DNA of 60,000 nt from Schmidtea polychroa (taxonomy: Eukaryota): positions 37,388,001 to 37,448,000 of the forward strand of contig CM097885.1 of the NCBI GenBank assembly GCA_044892525.1, in the 5' to 3' direction. Below are positions 24,892 through 38,247 of this stretch, in pieces (position 1 is the stretch's first letter; each line of letters opens with the position of its first letter). The translations under genes and the position numbers were made by a program. The notes beneath the pieces are model-generated. The model was not told the origin of the DNA and ran no database searches. It saw only the letters and a list, made by a program, of their open reading frames with translations.

Positions 24892-26736
24892 TAACCCCCA
24901 CCCCGATTTTCTACTTATATTCCGCCGATTTTGATTAATTATTCACTTAAAATATCCCCACAAATATTTGTTTTAAAAGTTTTTTTTTATTAAAGTGTTA
25001 ATTTTTAGAAAATAGTTGCAATACATCCATTCTTATCAACCTTCATCTTATCTATACTACTTCTCATTATCTACCTCCATTAATGAATTATTCTACCAAT
25101 TATTTTCACCCATTTGAATCGAGTAATGAATAATTTCCTCACTTTAATGAAGATTCTTACCACCTTCATTGTTAATTTTATCAAAATTTAAAGAATATTT
25201 CTCTTTACATTGCTTACCACTTTAGATTTTTTATCGAAATTTACGATAATTTGACTAATTCAATGATAAATTTGAATGAGTCAATTAATATATACTCTGA
25301 GTTTATCCGACAAAATATTCTGTCCCCCTATGGGTATTGCTCACAAGGGTACTACTCACATTCAACATGTCGTAAGGGTATTAGTCGTAAAGGTATTTAA
25401 TGTTTTTATTTGAATGATTATTTAGGCAAATGTGTTTAAGGCATTCATTGATAATTTTTAGAGTTGATGGTTTTATTCAAGTAAATTTCTATCATTTTGC
25501 GGATTTCTATCATTTTTATGAATTTCTATCATTTTTGTGGATTTCCGTACTTTTTTGTGAATATCCGTAATTTTTGTAGATATCTATCATTTTCATGGAT
25601 TTCTAACATTTTTGCAAATTTCATGTTTATTGAATGAATATTTAATAATTTAATGCTAATTCTAAGATAAATTTAATTAATTTCTTGATAATTGGATGTA
25701 TTTTTATTGACTTGTTTTTTTAATTTTAAATAAAAATTAATTTCAATGAGGTTAATAATTAGAGATTTTACAATAATGAAGTGATATGATAAATTTTTAT
25801 GAGGATATTGAATAACCCCCACCCCGATTTTCTACTTATATTCCGCCGATTTTGATTAATTATTCACTTAAAACATCCCCACAAATATTTGTTTTAAAAG
25901 TTTTTTTTATTAAAGTATTAATTTTTAGAAAATAGTTGCAATACATCCATTCTTATCAACCTTCATCTTATCTATACTACTTCTCATTATCTACCTCCAT
26001 TAATGAATTATTCTACCAATTATTTTCACCCATTTGAATCGAGTAATGAATAATTTCCTCACTTTAATGAAGATTCTTACCACCTTCATTGTTAATTTTA
26101 TCAAAGTTTAAAGAATATTTCTCTTTACATTGCTTACCACTTTAGATTTTTTATCGAAATTTACGATAATTTGACTAATTCAATGATAAATTTGAATGAG
26201 TCAATTAATATATACTCTGAGTTTATCCGACAAAATATTCTGTCCCCCTATGGGTATTGCTCACAAGGGTACTACTCACATTCAACATGTCGTAAGGGTA
26301 TTAGTCGTAAAGGTATTTAATGTTTTTATTTGAATGATTATTTAGGCAAATGTGTTTAAGGCATTCATTGATAATTTTTAGAGTTGATGGTTTTATTCAA
26401 GTAAATTTCTATCATTTTTGCGGATTTCTATCATTTTTATGAATTTCTATCATTTTTGTGGATTTCCGTACTTTTTTGTGAATATCCGTAATTTTTGTAG
26501 ATATCTATCATTTTCATGGATTTCTAACATTTTTGCAAATTTCATGTTTATTGAATGAATATTTAATAATTTAATGCTAATTCTAAGATAAATTTAATTA
26601 ATTTCTTGATAATTGGATGTATTTTTATTGACTTGTTTTTTTAATTTTAAATAAAAATTAATTTCAATGAGGTTAATAATTAGAGATTTTACAATAATGA
26701 AGTGATATGATAAATTTTTATGAGGATATTGAATAA
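24892..26736. repeat. ~921-bp near-perfect tandem duplication within the right arm
   Basis: 24892-25815 repeats at 25812-26736; ATAA microhomology at the junction. Confidence 0.9.
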
Positions 26737-29503
26737 TTTTCTAAGAATTTCATGTTGACTGATAAATTTAATTGATAAATTTAATTAATTTCTTGATAAT
26801 TAGTTGTATTTTATTGAATAGTTTTTAAATAAAAATTAATTTCATTGACAATTAGGTTAATAATTAAGTGATTTTTGATGATAACTTTGTAATGTATTTG
26901 ACTAAATAATTTTTCAATAATTTTCTAAGAATATTTACACATTGATGCACTTTAAAAAACATAAGCTAAGAAACCAACTTTATCAATGACTTTAAATTTA
27001 CTTGATAATTATTGTAGGATATACAGAAATTTAGTTTGCTGTTATTGCTTGAAAATGATTGGTTAAATAGCTGAAGAATTATGATCAAACAATATATATC
27101 ATCTCCAGTATTTGATGATAAATATTTGTAGAAAATTTAGTGAATTTTGATCTTTTAATGGGCTCTTATTATTTGTCTGGTTCTATAACAATTAATTAAA
27201 AGTCATATTTTTGAATTTCTCTGAGGATTTTAAGAGGATTGATATATATTAAAGGGCTCAAGTGGGCGGAATCTTTAGGGAAAATAAGGGATATAATCGG
27301 ATAGATGTTTAAAAGGGTAGAATTATTTGCTGAGAGATCGGATAAGATGGGATATTGTCGGTTAAATTTAATGAGGGATGGGTTAAGATGGGAATATATG
27401 ATTTTTAAAGGGATATAGTCGGTTAGATTTAATGAGAGATCAGATAAGGTGGGAATATATGATTTTTTAATGGGGATATAGTCGGTTAATATGGGAAATA
27501 TTTCATTTTAAGAGAGATATAGTCGGTTGCTTTTAATGAGGGATGGGTTTCGATGGGAATCTTTTGAATATTTACATGGGTAATGTTGGTAAAATATCAA
27601 TGTTTTAAGGGAAATTGCAATTAGTCAGTTATGAATCACTAATAATGTGAAATTATATCGTTTTATTAGGTTGTGATTAATTCATTGTATATTAATTTAG
27701 ATTTATGTTTTAGAACAATGTTTTATTAAATTTTCTTTTAATTATCCAGGGTTTTATTAAGTAGTGTTAATGACCGATTTACTTGGTTTTGACAATGAAA
27801 TCTTTAGAGATAATTTGGATTGATATCAACTTTAAATTATTTTTATCTTTATTTAAGAGGGAGAATGACAAAAGTTGATAAATATGGACTTAAAACATCG
27901 ACTAAAGAAAATTGATCTTTATTGGAAGAAATCTTGATTTTAATTAGTAATTAAATCGGTTGAATATTGGTAAAAATGATCATTTGAAGAAATATATTTT
28001 ATTGAATGGATAAATCTTTCAATGGGACCTAGTCAGTTATATTGTAGTAATATTTATTTAAAATATCGAGTACAGTGATTAACAAAACCAGTTTTATCAT
28101 TAGATTTTATAAATTATTTAGGGTTAATGATTTTACATGTTTTATAGGGAAATATTCGTGATAATACGAATTAAAGTTAGAATTATAGTCACTTAAAGGG
28201 GATTTTAAGGAATCTTATTAGTCTGAGGGGAATATATGATCCTTTACGGGTACTTATCATTAAAATATCAATCTTTAAATATTGATATATTTAGGGGAAA
28301 TGATGCTTTTTAGATGATTTTAATGAATTATTTGTAATAATATGAATTAAGGGTTGAAATATAGTCATTTAAGGGATTTTAAGGAATCTTATTAGTTTGA
28401 GGAGAATATATGATCTTTAACAAGTATTTATCATTAAAATACCAATCTTTAAATATTGATATATTTAGGGGGAAATGATGCTTTTTAGATGATTTTATTG
28501 GAGAATTCACTTGGATATACCAATTATTGTCATTTGAATGAATTTACTGGTTTGTTAGATGTTATCATTAGTTATCTAGTCTCTTTTGGAATTTAATGAT
28601 AATTATTTTTATTGTAGATTGCTGACTTTGATAATTGTAATGAATTTATACTGATTTTTTGAATATATTGAGAAATCAGTCAATCAATTTGAGTACATGT
28701 ATTACTTTTAAAAAAATAATTAAAATTAATTTTATTTCAATTAATTTATTCAATCTAAATCAATTATCTACTAGATCTTATTTCAAAATTCTTATTAATT
28801 TATTATCTTAGTTGATTCAAATTAACTTGAATGATTAGTATTTTTTATTTACTATCCAGTATCTTACAAATCTTGCAAGTGACTTAATGATTCAAATTTA
28901 ATGTTCTTTCTTGTCCATTAATTATATTTTTTTAATTTAGTATATTTTGAATAATTTAAATTTTTACAATAATTTAATCAATTTTTACCAAGTTATTGAT
29001 GCCTTGAGTTCAAATATCTTAAAAGTGCCTTGAGTTCAATTAATTTTTCATCTAATTTTTTCAAGTGATGAGTATTTGCTTTTAAAGATCAATTTGTTAG
29101 TACATAGTTGTTGGTTGTAAGTAGTTGGTTGACTTTTTAGATTTTGATAAGAAAATAGTGTATGCGATGAAGAATATTTTGTATTTGGTAGTTGGTACAG
29201 TGTTGTTTACTGATTGTTGTTATATAGTTGTAGGTTGATAATGCTTAGTACCTGGTTGTTAGTTGATTGTAAGTGTTTAGTATTTAGTTGTTTGAGACTT
29301 GGTTGTTGGTACTTGTTAGGTGGTTAATGGGTAGGTGGGGGGTTGAGAGTTAGCAATATCCTTACGACCAGTACCCTTACGACTAATACCCTTACGACCA
29401 GTACCCTTACGACCTGTACCCTTACGACCAGTACCCTTACGACCAGTACCCTTGCGACCTGTACCCTTAGGGGGTCAAAACATCCTGTCGGATAAACTCA
29501 GAA
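26215..29503. mobile_element. Mirror copy of the nested TA-flanked TIR element
   Basis: Reverse complement of 19914-23202 with the same flanks. Confidence 0.7.
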
Positions 29504-29923
29504 TATATATAATAAAACTGATCAACAATAAGTATTTATTGAATGCGATTTTTACATTGCAATAATAAGTCAGTAGTTATCATTTAAAAGAAGAATGTTT
29601 TGTAAATTAGAATTCATTAGTCTTTCATTGTAATTTAAATTATTTTGAATTTCACGTGGTGTTTTAAAGTGATTGAGCTGTGGTTTTTTGATGAAAATCA
29701 ACATTTTTGTTAAATTTAGACATTTTGAAAAGGTTTTTCTACTGATTGTAATTAAAATTATTATAGAAGCTGTATAAAAAATACAATTCATAAAATACAA
29801 TAAAGAATATTTAGTTGATTGTAAGTAGTTAGTTTGTACGTGGGATCATGTTGAAAGTATTTGGTATTTATTTGTTAGCATCTAGTTAAAAATATTTAGT
29901 AACCGATTGTTGGGAACTGTTGA

Positions 29924-29981
<58 letters not shown>

Positions 29982-32900
29982 CATTAAAATTTCCATTTAA
30001 ATTTTCATTATAAATTACATTTCTCAAAAAAGTTGGTGGTTATTCAATCTTTTGATAATAAATTTAAAAATTTTAGTTTAATTTACTTATTACATTACTT
30101 ATTTAAAAATTATTACTTTAATTTACTCCTTTAGCTTTAATTTAAAATTTGAACCATTGGTTACTTAATTTTAAATTTTGAACCTTAATTTTCCTTAATT
30201 TATCCTTAATTTACCTAATTATTCTTTATTACTTAATTTTACACCATAATTTACTTAACAACTAAATATAACCCTTATTTTCATATTTAACCAATAATTT
30301 CATGTGGTCATCTGGTTGTAAGGGTTTGGTATCTAGTTGACAGTGCTTAGTACTTGGTATCTAGTTGTTAGTAGTTGGTTGACAGTGCTTAGTACTAGGT
30401 AAGTTACTTGGTTGTTAGTACTTGGTTGTTAGTTGGTTGTAGGTACTTAGTAGTTGGTTAATAATGCTTAGTACTTGGTAGGTGGTTGTTAGTTGGTTGT
30501 AGGTACTTAGTAGTTGGTTAATAATGCTTAGTACTTGGTTGTTGTCGGTTGTGAGTACTTGGTATCTAGTACCTAGTTGGTTGGTTGTTAGTACTTAGTA
30601 TTTAGTTGGTTGATAATGCTTAGTACCTGGTTGATGGTGGTTGTAGGTACTTGGTATCTAGTACCTAGTTGGTTGTAGGTACTTAGTAGCAGGTAACTGG
30701 TTGTTAGTAACTAGTTGTTGTTGGTTGTATGTACTTGGTATCTGGTTGATAGCTGGTTGTTAGTACTTAGTAGTTGGTTAATAATGCTTAGTACCTGGTT
30801 GATGTTGGTTGTTAGTACTTGGTAGGTGGTAGCTAGTTGTTAGTAACAAGTTGTAGGTACTTAGTAGTTGGTTATAAGTAGTTGGTAGGTGGTTGTAGGT
30901 ACTTAGTAGTTGGTAATTAATGCTTAGTACCTGGTTGATGTTGGTTGTTAGTACTTGGTAGGTGGTAGCTAGTTGGTTGCTATCAGGTAACTAGTTGTTA
31001 GTAACTAGTTGTAGGTATCTGGTTGTTAATACATGTTCATAATTTACTGGTACTTGGTATCTAGTTGTTAGTTGTTAGCGGGTTGTTAGTAACTAGGTAT
31101 CTAGTTGTTAGTACTTGGTTGATAATGCTTAGTACCTGGTTGATGTTGGTTGTTAGTACTTAGTAGTTGGTAGCTAGTTGTTAGTAACTAGTTGTTAGTA
31201 ACTAGTTGTAAGTACTTGGTATCTGGTTGTTAGTTGTTATCTGGTTGTGAGTAGTTGGTATCAGGTTGTTAGCTGGTTGATAGTACTTGGTATCTGGTAA
31301 TTAGTTGTAGGTACTTGGTTGTTTGAGAGTTATTTAGTACGTGGTATCTAGTTGTAAGTACTTGGTAGCGGGTAACTGGTTGTTAGTAACTAGTTGTAAG
31401 TACTTGGTAGTTGGTTAATAATGCTTAGTACCTGGTTGATGGTGGTTGTGAGTAGTTGGTAGGTGGTAGCTAGTTGTTAGCTGGTTGATGTTGGTTGTGA
31501 GTAGTTGGTATCAGGTAACTGGTTGTTAGTACTTGGTAGGTGGTAGCTAGTTGTTAGCTGGTTGTAGCTAGTTAATGGGTAGGTGGTTGTTAGTAGTTGG
31601 TATCAGGTAACTAGTTGTAGGTATCTAGTTGTAGGTATCTGGTATCAGGTAACTGGTTGTTAGTAACTAGTTGTAGGTATCTGGTTGTTAATACATGTTC
31701 ATAAGTTACTGGTTGTTGGTACTAAGTTGTTGGTTTGTTGTTGAATTATTATTAAAATTTGTCTTTGAAAAATATTTCATAAAAATTTTCATTAAAAATT
31801 ATCTTAAAAAATTATTCCATAAAAATTTTCATTAAAAAATTTCAATTCTCAAACACCTTCAACTTTTTGTTAATAAATTTTAAAATCTTACTTTAATTTA
31901 CTTATTTAAAATTTTTTACCATTGATTACTTAATTTTAAAATTTGGACCTTAATTAACTTTAATTTAATTTTTAGAACCTAAATTTACTTTAATTTTAAA
32001 ATTTGGACCATAATTTACTTTAATTTAATTTTTAGAACCATAATTTACTGTAATTCAAAATTTGGACCATAATTTACTGTATTTGAAAAATTTAGAACCA
32101 TAATTTACTTTTAATTTAATTTTTAGAACCATAATTTACTTTAATTCAAAAATTTGGACCATAATTTACTGTAATTTAAAAATTTGAGCCATAATTTACT
32201 GTAATTTAATTTTTAGAACCATAATTTACTGTAATTTAATTTTTTAGAACCATAATTTACTTTAATTGAAAAAATTTGGACCATAATTTACTTTAATTTA
32301 ATTTTTAAGAACCATTATTTACTGTATTTGAAAAATTTAGAACCATAATTTACTTTTAATTTAATTTTTAGAACCATAATTTACTTTAATTCAAAAATTT
32401 GGACCATAATTTACTGTAATTTAATTTTTTAGGACCATTATTTACTGTAATTTAATTTTTTAGAACAATAATTTACTGTAATTTAAAAATTTGAACTATA
32501 ATTTACTGTAATTTAATTTTTAGACCCATTACTTACTGTAATTGAAAAATTTGAACCATTATTTACTGTAATTTAATTTTTTAGACCCATAATTTACTGT
32601 AATTCAAAAATTTGAGCCATAATTTACTGTAATTGAAAAATTTACCACGTTTTTTAGTGTAGACCACCTTTTTCTCAGGACCAAGGAGACTCACCTCACT
32701 ATAGTCTGAAAAATCCTTGGCTTTTTTAGTGGTAGCCGGATTTTTGTATTGAAAATATCCTGAGACCTTAAATTACCATGCTTTTTTAGTGTAGACCAGC
32801 TCTTTGTATTGAAAATACCCTGAGACCTTAAATTACCACGTTTTTTTAGTGTAGACCACCTTTTTCTCAGGACCAAGGAGACTCACCTGAATTGACCTAG

Positions 32901-33569
32901 AAAAATCCATGCTTTTTTATTGAAGACCACCTTTTTGTATTGAAAATATCCTGAGACCTTAAATTACCATGCTTTTTTAGTGTAGACCAGCTTTTTGTAT
33001 TGAAAATCCCAGGACCATCGAGACCCCCTCACTATAGTCTGAAAATTCCATGCTTTTTTATTGGTAGTCGGATTTTTGTATAGAAAAAAATTTTTTGTAT
33101 TGAAAATCTCAGGACCATCGTTTTTGTATTGAAAAATTTTTTTTTGTATTGAAAATCCCAGGACCATCGTTTTTGTATTGAAAAAAATTTTTTGTATTGA
33201 AAATCCCAGGACCATCGAGACCCCCTCACTATAGTGTGATAAAAAAAAATTTGGACTAAAAATCCGTGAAAGCAAAAAAATGAGTTGGGAACAATTGCGT
33301 AATAAAAATTTGGGAACAATGGGGGTACCCCCCCCCCCCCATTGTTCCCGTAGGCTACTATCTACCTACTCTTATAATATACATATCAAACAAGAGGTAT
33401 TTGAGATGTAAGTATAATGGTCATACTTTCAAAGGTTTATGAATGGTCCTGGATCTTCAAGGGATCAAAAACCTTTCAAATCTTATACATATAGATATAT
33501 GTATATGAAACCTTATAATATACATATCAAGCAAAAGGTAATACAAATGTGAGTATAATGGTCATACAT

Positions 33570-34045
33570 AACATAGATTTTTTATAAATTTGCATGTATT
33601 TGATAATATTTCATATTTTTACACACATACAATAATTCTCTACCCCATAGCACACACACAGAGAAAACATAGATTTTAAAGAAATTTACATGTATTTGAT
33701 AAAATTTCATATTTGTACACACTCATATTAGTTCTCTACCCCATAACACACACACACATATATTTTTCATAAATTTTAAAGAAATTTGATAAAATTTCAT
33801 ATTTTTACACACACACATAATAATTCTGTACCACATATCACACACATATTTTTCATAAATTTTAAAGAAATTTACATGTATTTGATAAAATTTCATATTT
33901 TTACATAGACAAAGTAATTCCCTACCCATAACACACACTAACACACACAGAAAACATAGATTTTTTAAAGAAATTTACATGTATTTGATAAAATTTCATA
34001 TTTTTAAACACACATAATAATTCTCTATCCCATAACTTGTAGGCG
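33570..34045 (+). repeat. ~90-bp degenerate tandem repeat (TTTACATGTATTTGATAAAATTTCATATTTTTACACAC)
   Basis: About 5 units. Confidence 0.8.
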
Positions 34046-35999
34046 TGTAAATATTTTAGTTTTTTCACTAATACTTGCAATAATAATAAATAATAATAAT
34101 AATGGGTTGAGTATGTGTGTAAAAATAAATATGATATAATATCAGGGTGTTACTAATAAATTTGCAATACAAGTGCATAATTAACAAAGACTTTGCAATA
34201 AACGTGCATGATTAACAAAGACTTGAATATAATAATAAAGTTTAATAGGTTGAGTATGTGTGTAAAAATATTTTAGGTTTTTCACTAATATTTGCAATAA
34301 CATTGATAATAATAATAATAAAGCTAAATGGGTTGAAAATGTGTGTAAATATTTTGTAAATATCTTGTCAGATAAATATATATATATAATAACTCGTGAG
34401 CGCAAATTTGAATTACCTTTTGTTTGACATATATATATATCTATATATATATATTATAAGGTTTGAAAATTTGAATCTTCGACCCTCTAACCCTTTGATC
34501 TTCAAACTTGGACCATCATACTCATCTTTGAATTACCTCTTGATTGATATGTATATTATTAGGTTTAAAAATTTTTGAACCTTGGACCCTTCTACCCTTG
34601 TATTGGGCTGAAACCGAGAACTGAGAGTTTGTTTTAATCGATCGAAAGTACCTAACACAAAAACCGCAAAGTTAAAAAATTTATGATCAAGTTTTAATAT
34701 AAAATAAATTACATAACACATTAAGAATCAATAAACCCCGTATAATAGAATAAAGAGATAAATAAATTTAACAAAAAAATTGAACACTTAAAAATTTCGA
34801 TAGAAAAATAATAAAATGTAAAATAGAATTATTTGAAAATTATTTAAACGATATAAAAATTAAATCGTCAAAATAATAAAATTAGTTAACATTATGTAAA
34901 TTGTAAAGTTTATAGAATTAAATGGTTAGAATTATGTAACTTATTAAATTTAAAGAATAAGTGTTTAATAAATTAATAAATATAAATAAATACTGATTGA
35001 AAATTCAGTTAAAAAACTACTTTTTTCAACACCACAACTTGATTTTCAGACAGTAAACGTATGCTCTCATTTTTCGATTTTATGCCATTGTGGATTTGGT
35101 AATTTATTTTTTTGTAATTTTTATGAAATGTTTTAACCTAATAAATTTTACATTCAATTTTGTTTTTAGTTAAATTTTCTTTTGTTGTTCGTTTTGATTG
35201 TTTAATTTTCATGCAGGTTTTAAGTTTTAAATAATAATTTTTATTAGGTTCAGTTTTTACATTTATTAATTTTGACTAGTAGTTACGGTGGAACTGGGAT
35301 CCAGTAGGCCACAGCTTAAGGGACACTAGTTGTTCCTCTTGCGAGTAGGTCAGCTGGCTTTTCAGATTCACGCGGCTTGATCGGGCCATAATGTGGGGGC
35401 TTCTCCACTGGTCTGTCGCCGTAAGTATTTCTATTGGAGTAGAAGTTAGAATTAGAAATACAGGCAGATCCTTGCTCAAATTCTTTGAAGAAAAGTTAAA
35501 TATTATGGGAAGTGTGGATTAACTTGGAAATAAGGGCCAATCCCTGCTCAAATATTTTGGAAGATAGGTTAAATATTCATAAATATCAAGGAAAATACTT
35601 AGCAACATGTATTTATAGAAAAATAAGGGCGCATCCCTGCGCAAAGTTTTAGAAGAGAACAATTGGAAATACCCGTATTTGAGGACCACAAATAATCTAA
35701 AAACAGCATACATAGTGAATAATGACGTAAGACCTTCTATCGGCCGCCTAGAACCCGAAGAGAAAATACAATGGGGAGTAGTTTTAGCAATAGAGCTCAC
35801 CTGCTAATTGTTTTTTCGCCGTTTGTTTCCTGTTGTTATACAGTTAAAATAATAGTGTAATTTCGAAAATAATATTACATTTATTCATTTATTAAAGATA
35901 TAAACATGAGGTACAATTCATTAATAAAAAAATATTTTCTTCTAGATTTTTTCACTGCAAAAAATGCCAAATGCCAACGTTCCAAGTAAGTACTTTAAA

Positions 36000-36190
36000 T
36001 AATGGTTATGATAGGGTAATAAACTACGACAAAATTGGGAGTAGGCCCAGTATTAATATCTTGATTAATAGTAAGAAATTTAATTGCTTTGTGTATATGG
36101 GAGCCAAAATAAGTGTTATCAGTAAAGATGTACTAAACAGGCTACGCAATTTAAAAGTTGAAAACACTAACAATCAGATTAATTTTGCGT
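36000..36190 (+). pseudogene. Gypsy protease remnant
   Basis: YDKIGSRPSINILINSKKFNCF parallels YDKMGGRPSVIIGINNYFKNCL of the 4159 element. Confidence 0.65.
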
Positions 36191-36439
36191 ATCTCCCGTT
36201 ACCGGCAGTAGTCAAGAGGTTGTGTTCTCAGAGTATTATCATTGTTGTGCTATTTCTCCCGAAAGATTGTAATTTGAGGTGTGTTGAAAATTGGTATGGT
36301 TGAATTCGTTGTAATCAATTGTGATAATCAATAAAGTTTTACGTCGTTGGGAATTGTTATTGTCGTTATTAAATAACAAGCTCGGAATCAGACTAGTAAT
36401 TGGCAGTTTAATAATTACCAACCAACTACAATATACTCA

Positions 36440-37400
36440 ACAGTTTGAGGGCCTTTGTTATTTATGATGTGACCTAAAAATTTCACCCTTCTTTAGTAGT
36501 TGACATTTTTCTGGATTAATACTAAGTTTTGCATTTGCTATTTTTTCCAATACTTTTCCAAGCATTTTATAATGCTCTTTTATTGTTTTTGTGAATTAAA
36601 ACCTAGTCGAGATAAACAATTACTCCAGGCTTCCACAAATCATTGAATCTTTTAGTCATAAGTTCTTGGAATGTGCCTGGTGCTGCTGCAATACCAAACG
36701 GCATTCTATTGAAACAAAACTGTCCTTCCTTAGTTGAAAATGCTGTTTTCTCTTGTCATTCTGGATCCAAAATTGATAGTAAGCGTTTCCAAGATCGATG
36801 GAGCTAAAATATCTAAATACAAATAAAGCATTTCGAATTTCATCTACGTTTGGCATAGGAAAAGCTTGCATTTCTGTAATTCTGTTGAGTTGTCCAAAAA
36901 TCAAAAGTGTCTGATATCTTTCTTCTTTTTTCATACACAAACCTAGACGAATTGCACTTCCTTATAATGATGTTATCTTCTAAATTCATTATATCATCCA
37001 GTTGCGTAGCCAGGAATTTATGAAGGAGGGGTTGAAGTTGAGAAATATTTATTAATATGATGGTCAATAACCAACATAAAATTTAACAAAATAAATAATC
37101 AGAAGGTACTGAGAATACTGACTACAGAGTACTAACTGATGTCACAGTATTACATTTACAGTAAATAAAATAAAAGAAAAAAGTGTCATGTTTTTTTTAT
37201 TAAGGTGGATGATCTTTTATGCACTTGACGTCGACAAATATTTGTACATGAAAAATCCAATGAAAAAACCTCTAACTCTCTCTTGGCTACGCCACTGATA
37301 ACATCATTTATTTTTTCTTCTAAATTTATGTGTTGTCTTCTTGGTTTTATCATTATTGGTCCGTCATCTGTGGTTATTTTATGTTCAGTTAGATCAGTGC
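36440..37400 (-). pseudogene. Gypsy RT remnant
   Basis: QAFPMPNVD, YFSSIDLGNAYYQ, FNRMPFGIAAAPGTFQ; many frameshifts. Confidence 0.85.
36999..37297. mobile_element. hAT-type MITE inserted in the RT remnant
   Basis: TIR CAGTTGCGTAGCCAG / TTGGCTACGCCACTG; 8-bp TSD ATATCATC vs ATAACATC (7/8). Confidence 0.8.
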
Positions 37401-37785
37401 AATGAAAACAGTTAGAGATTTCAGCCCAGATTTCGATGATAGTATCGATATAGACGCTGATACCGATATAGATGATATATTATTAATTGATGATAATGAT
37501 CAATATTATTAAATATAACTTCTTAAAAAACTAGACTCTTAATGTTTTCATTTTTATTTTATTTTTTTATTCGTGTATTAAAAACTTGTGATAGTTTTCA
37601 AGTATAATCATTTTTAATAATAGTAATAATAACATCTTTTAATATGTGGATTTTTATTGTTATATTGAAAACATGTGATAGTTTTCAAGTTTAAACATTT
37701 TTTATTATTAGTAATAATAACAACTTTTAATATGTTCATTTTTATTGGTATTTTGAGAACTTATGATAGTTTTCAAGTTTAAACA

Positions 37786-37789
<4 letters not shown>

Positions 37790-37864
<75 letters not shown>

Positions 37865-37959
37865 GTAATAATGGTGATAATAAATGTAATAATAATAATA
37901 GTAATATTATAATAGTAATAATAATAATAATAGTAATAATAATAAAGTAATAATAATAA

Positions 37960-38011
<52 letters not shown>

Positions 38012-38096
38012 TTAATAATAATAATAAGTAATAATGGTGATAATAAATGTAATAATAATAATAATAGTAATAATAATAATAAAGTAATAATAATAA

Positions 38097-38145
<49 letters not shown>

Positions 38146-38162
38146 TTAATAATAATAATAAT
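37790..38162 (+). repeat. Long interrupted (TAA)n microsatellite with internal duplication
   Basis: Trinucleotide runs; the AGTAATAATGGTGATAATAAATG block occurs twice. Confidence 0.95.
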
Positions 38163-38247
38163 ACCCTTGTGAGTTGTTGAGTGTAACCAGTACCCTTGTG
38201 AGCAATACCCATAAGGGGACAAAATATCTTGTCGGATAAACTCAGAG
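38160..38247. mobile_element. Terminus of TA-flanked TIR family (type B end)
   Basis: ...GCAATACCCATAAGGGGACAAAATATCTTGTCGGATAAACTCAGAG|TA. Confidence 0.7.

Larger units (their letters stand above)
15892..33370. mobile_element. Giant non-coding palindromic (foldback) element with Polinton/Maverick-like termini, 17479 bp
   Basis: Ends AGTAGGTAGATAGTAGCCTACGGGAAC / GTTCCCGTAGGCTACTATCTACCTACT, 6-bp TSD CTTATA (15886-15891, 33371-33376), mirrored arms (ORF 19617+ equals ORF 29800-), no long ORF. Confidence 0.88.
24736..33370 (-). repeat. Right arm of giant inverted repeat (~8.6 kb including a ~921-bp tandem duplication)
   Basis: Mirror of the left arm; mirrored coordinates sum to ~49417 through the middle. 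Confidence 0.95.

Noticed and set aside
15892..33370. Palindrome as a sequencing fold-back artefact
   Set aside because: Arms differ by SNPs and indels, a unique spacer exists, and both flanks carry a TSD matching an empty-site paralog; read-level confirmation is still advisable
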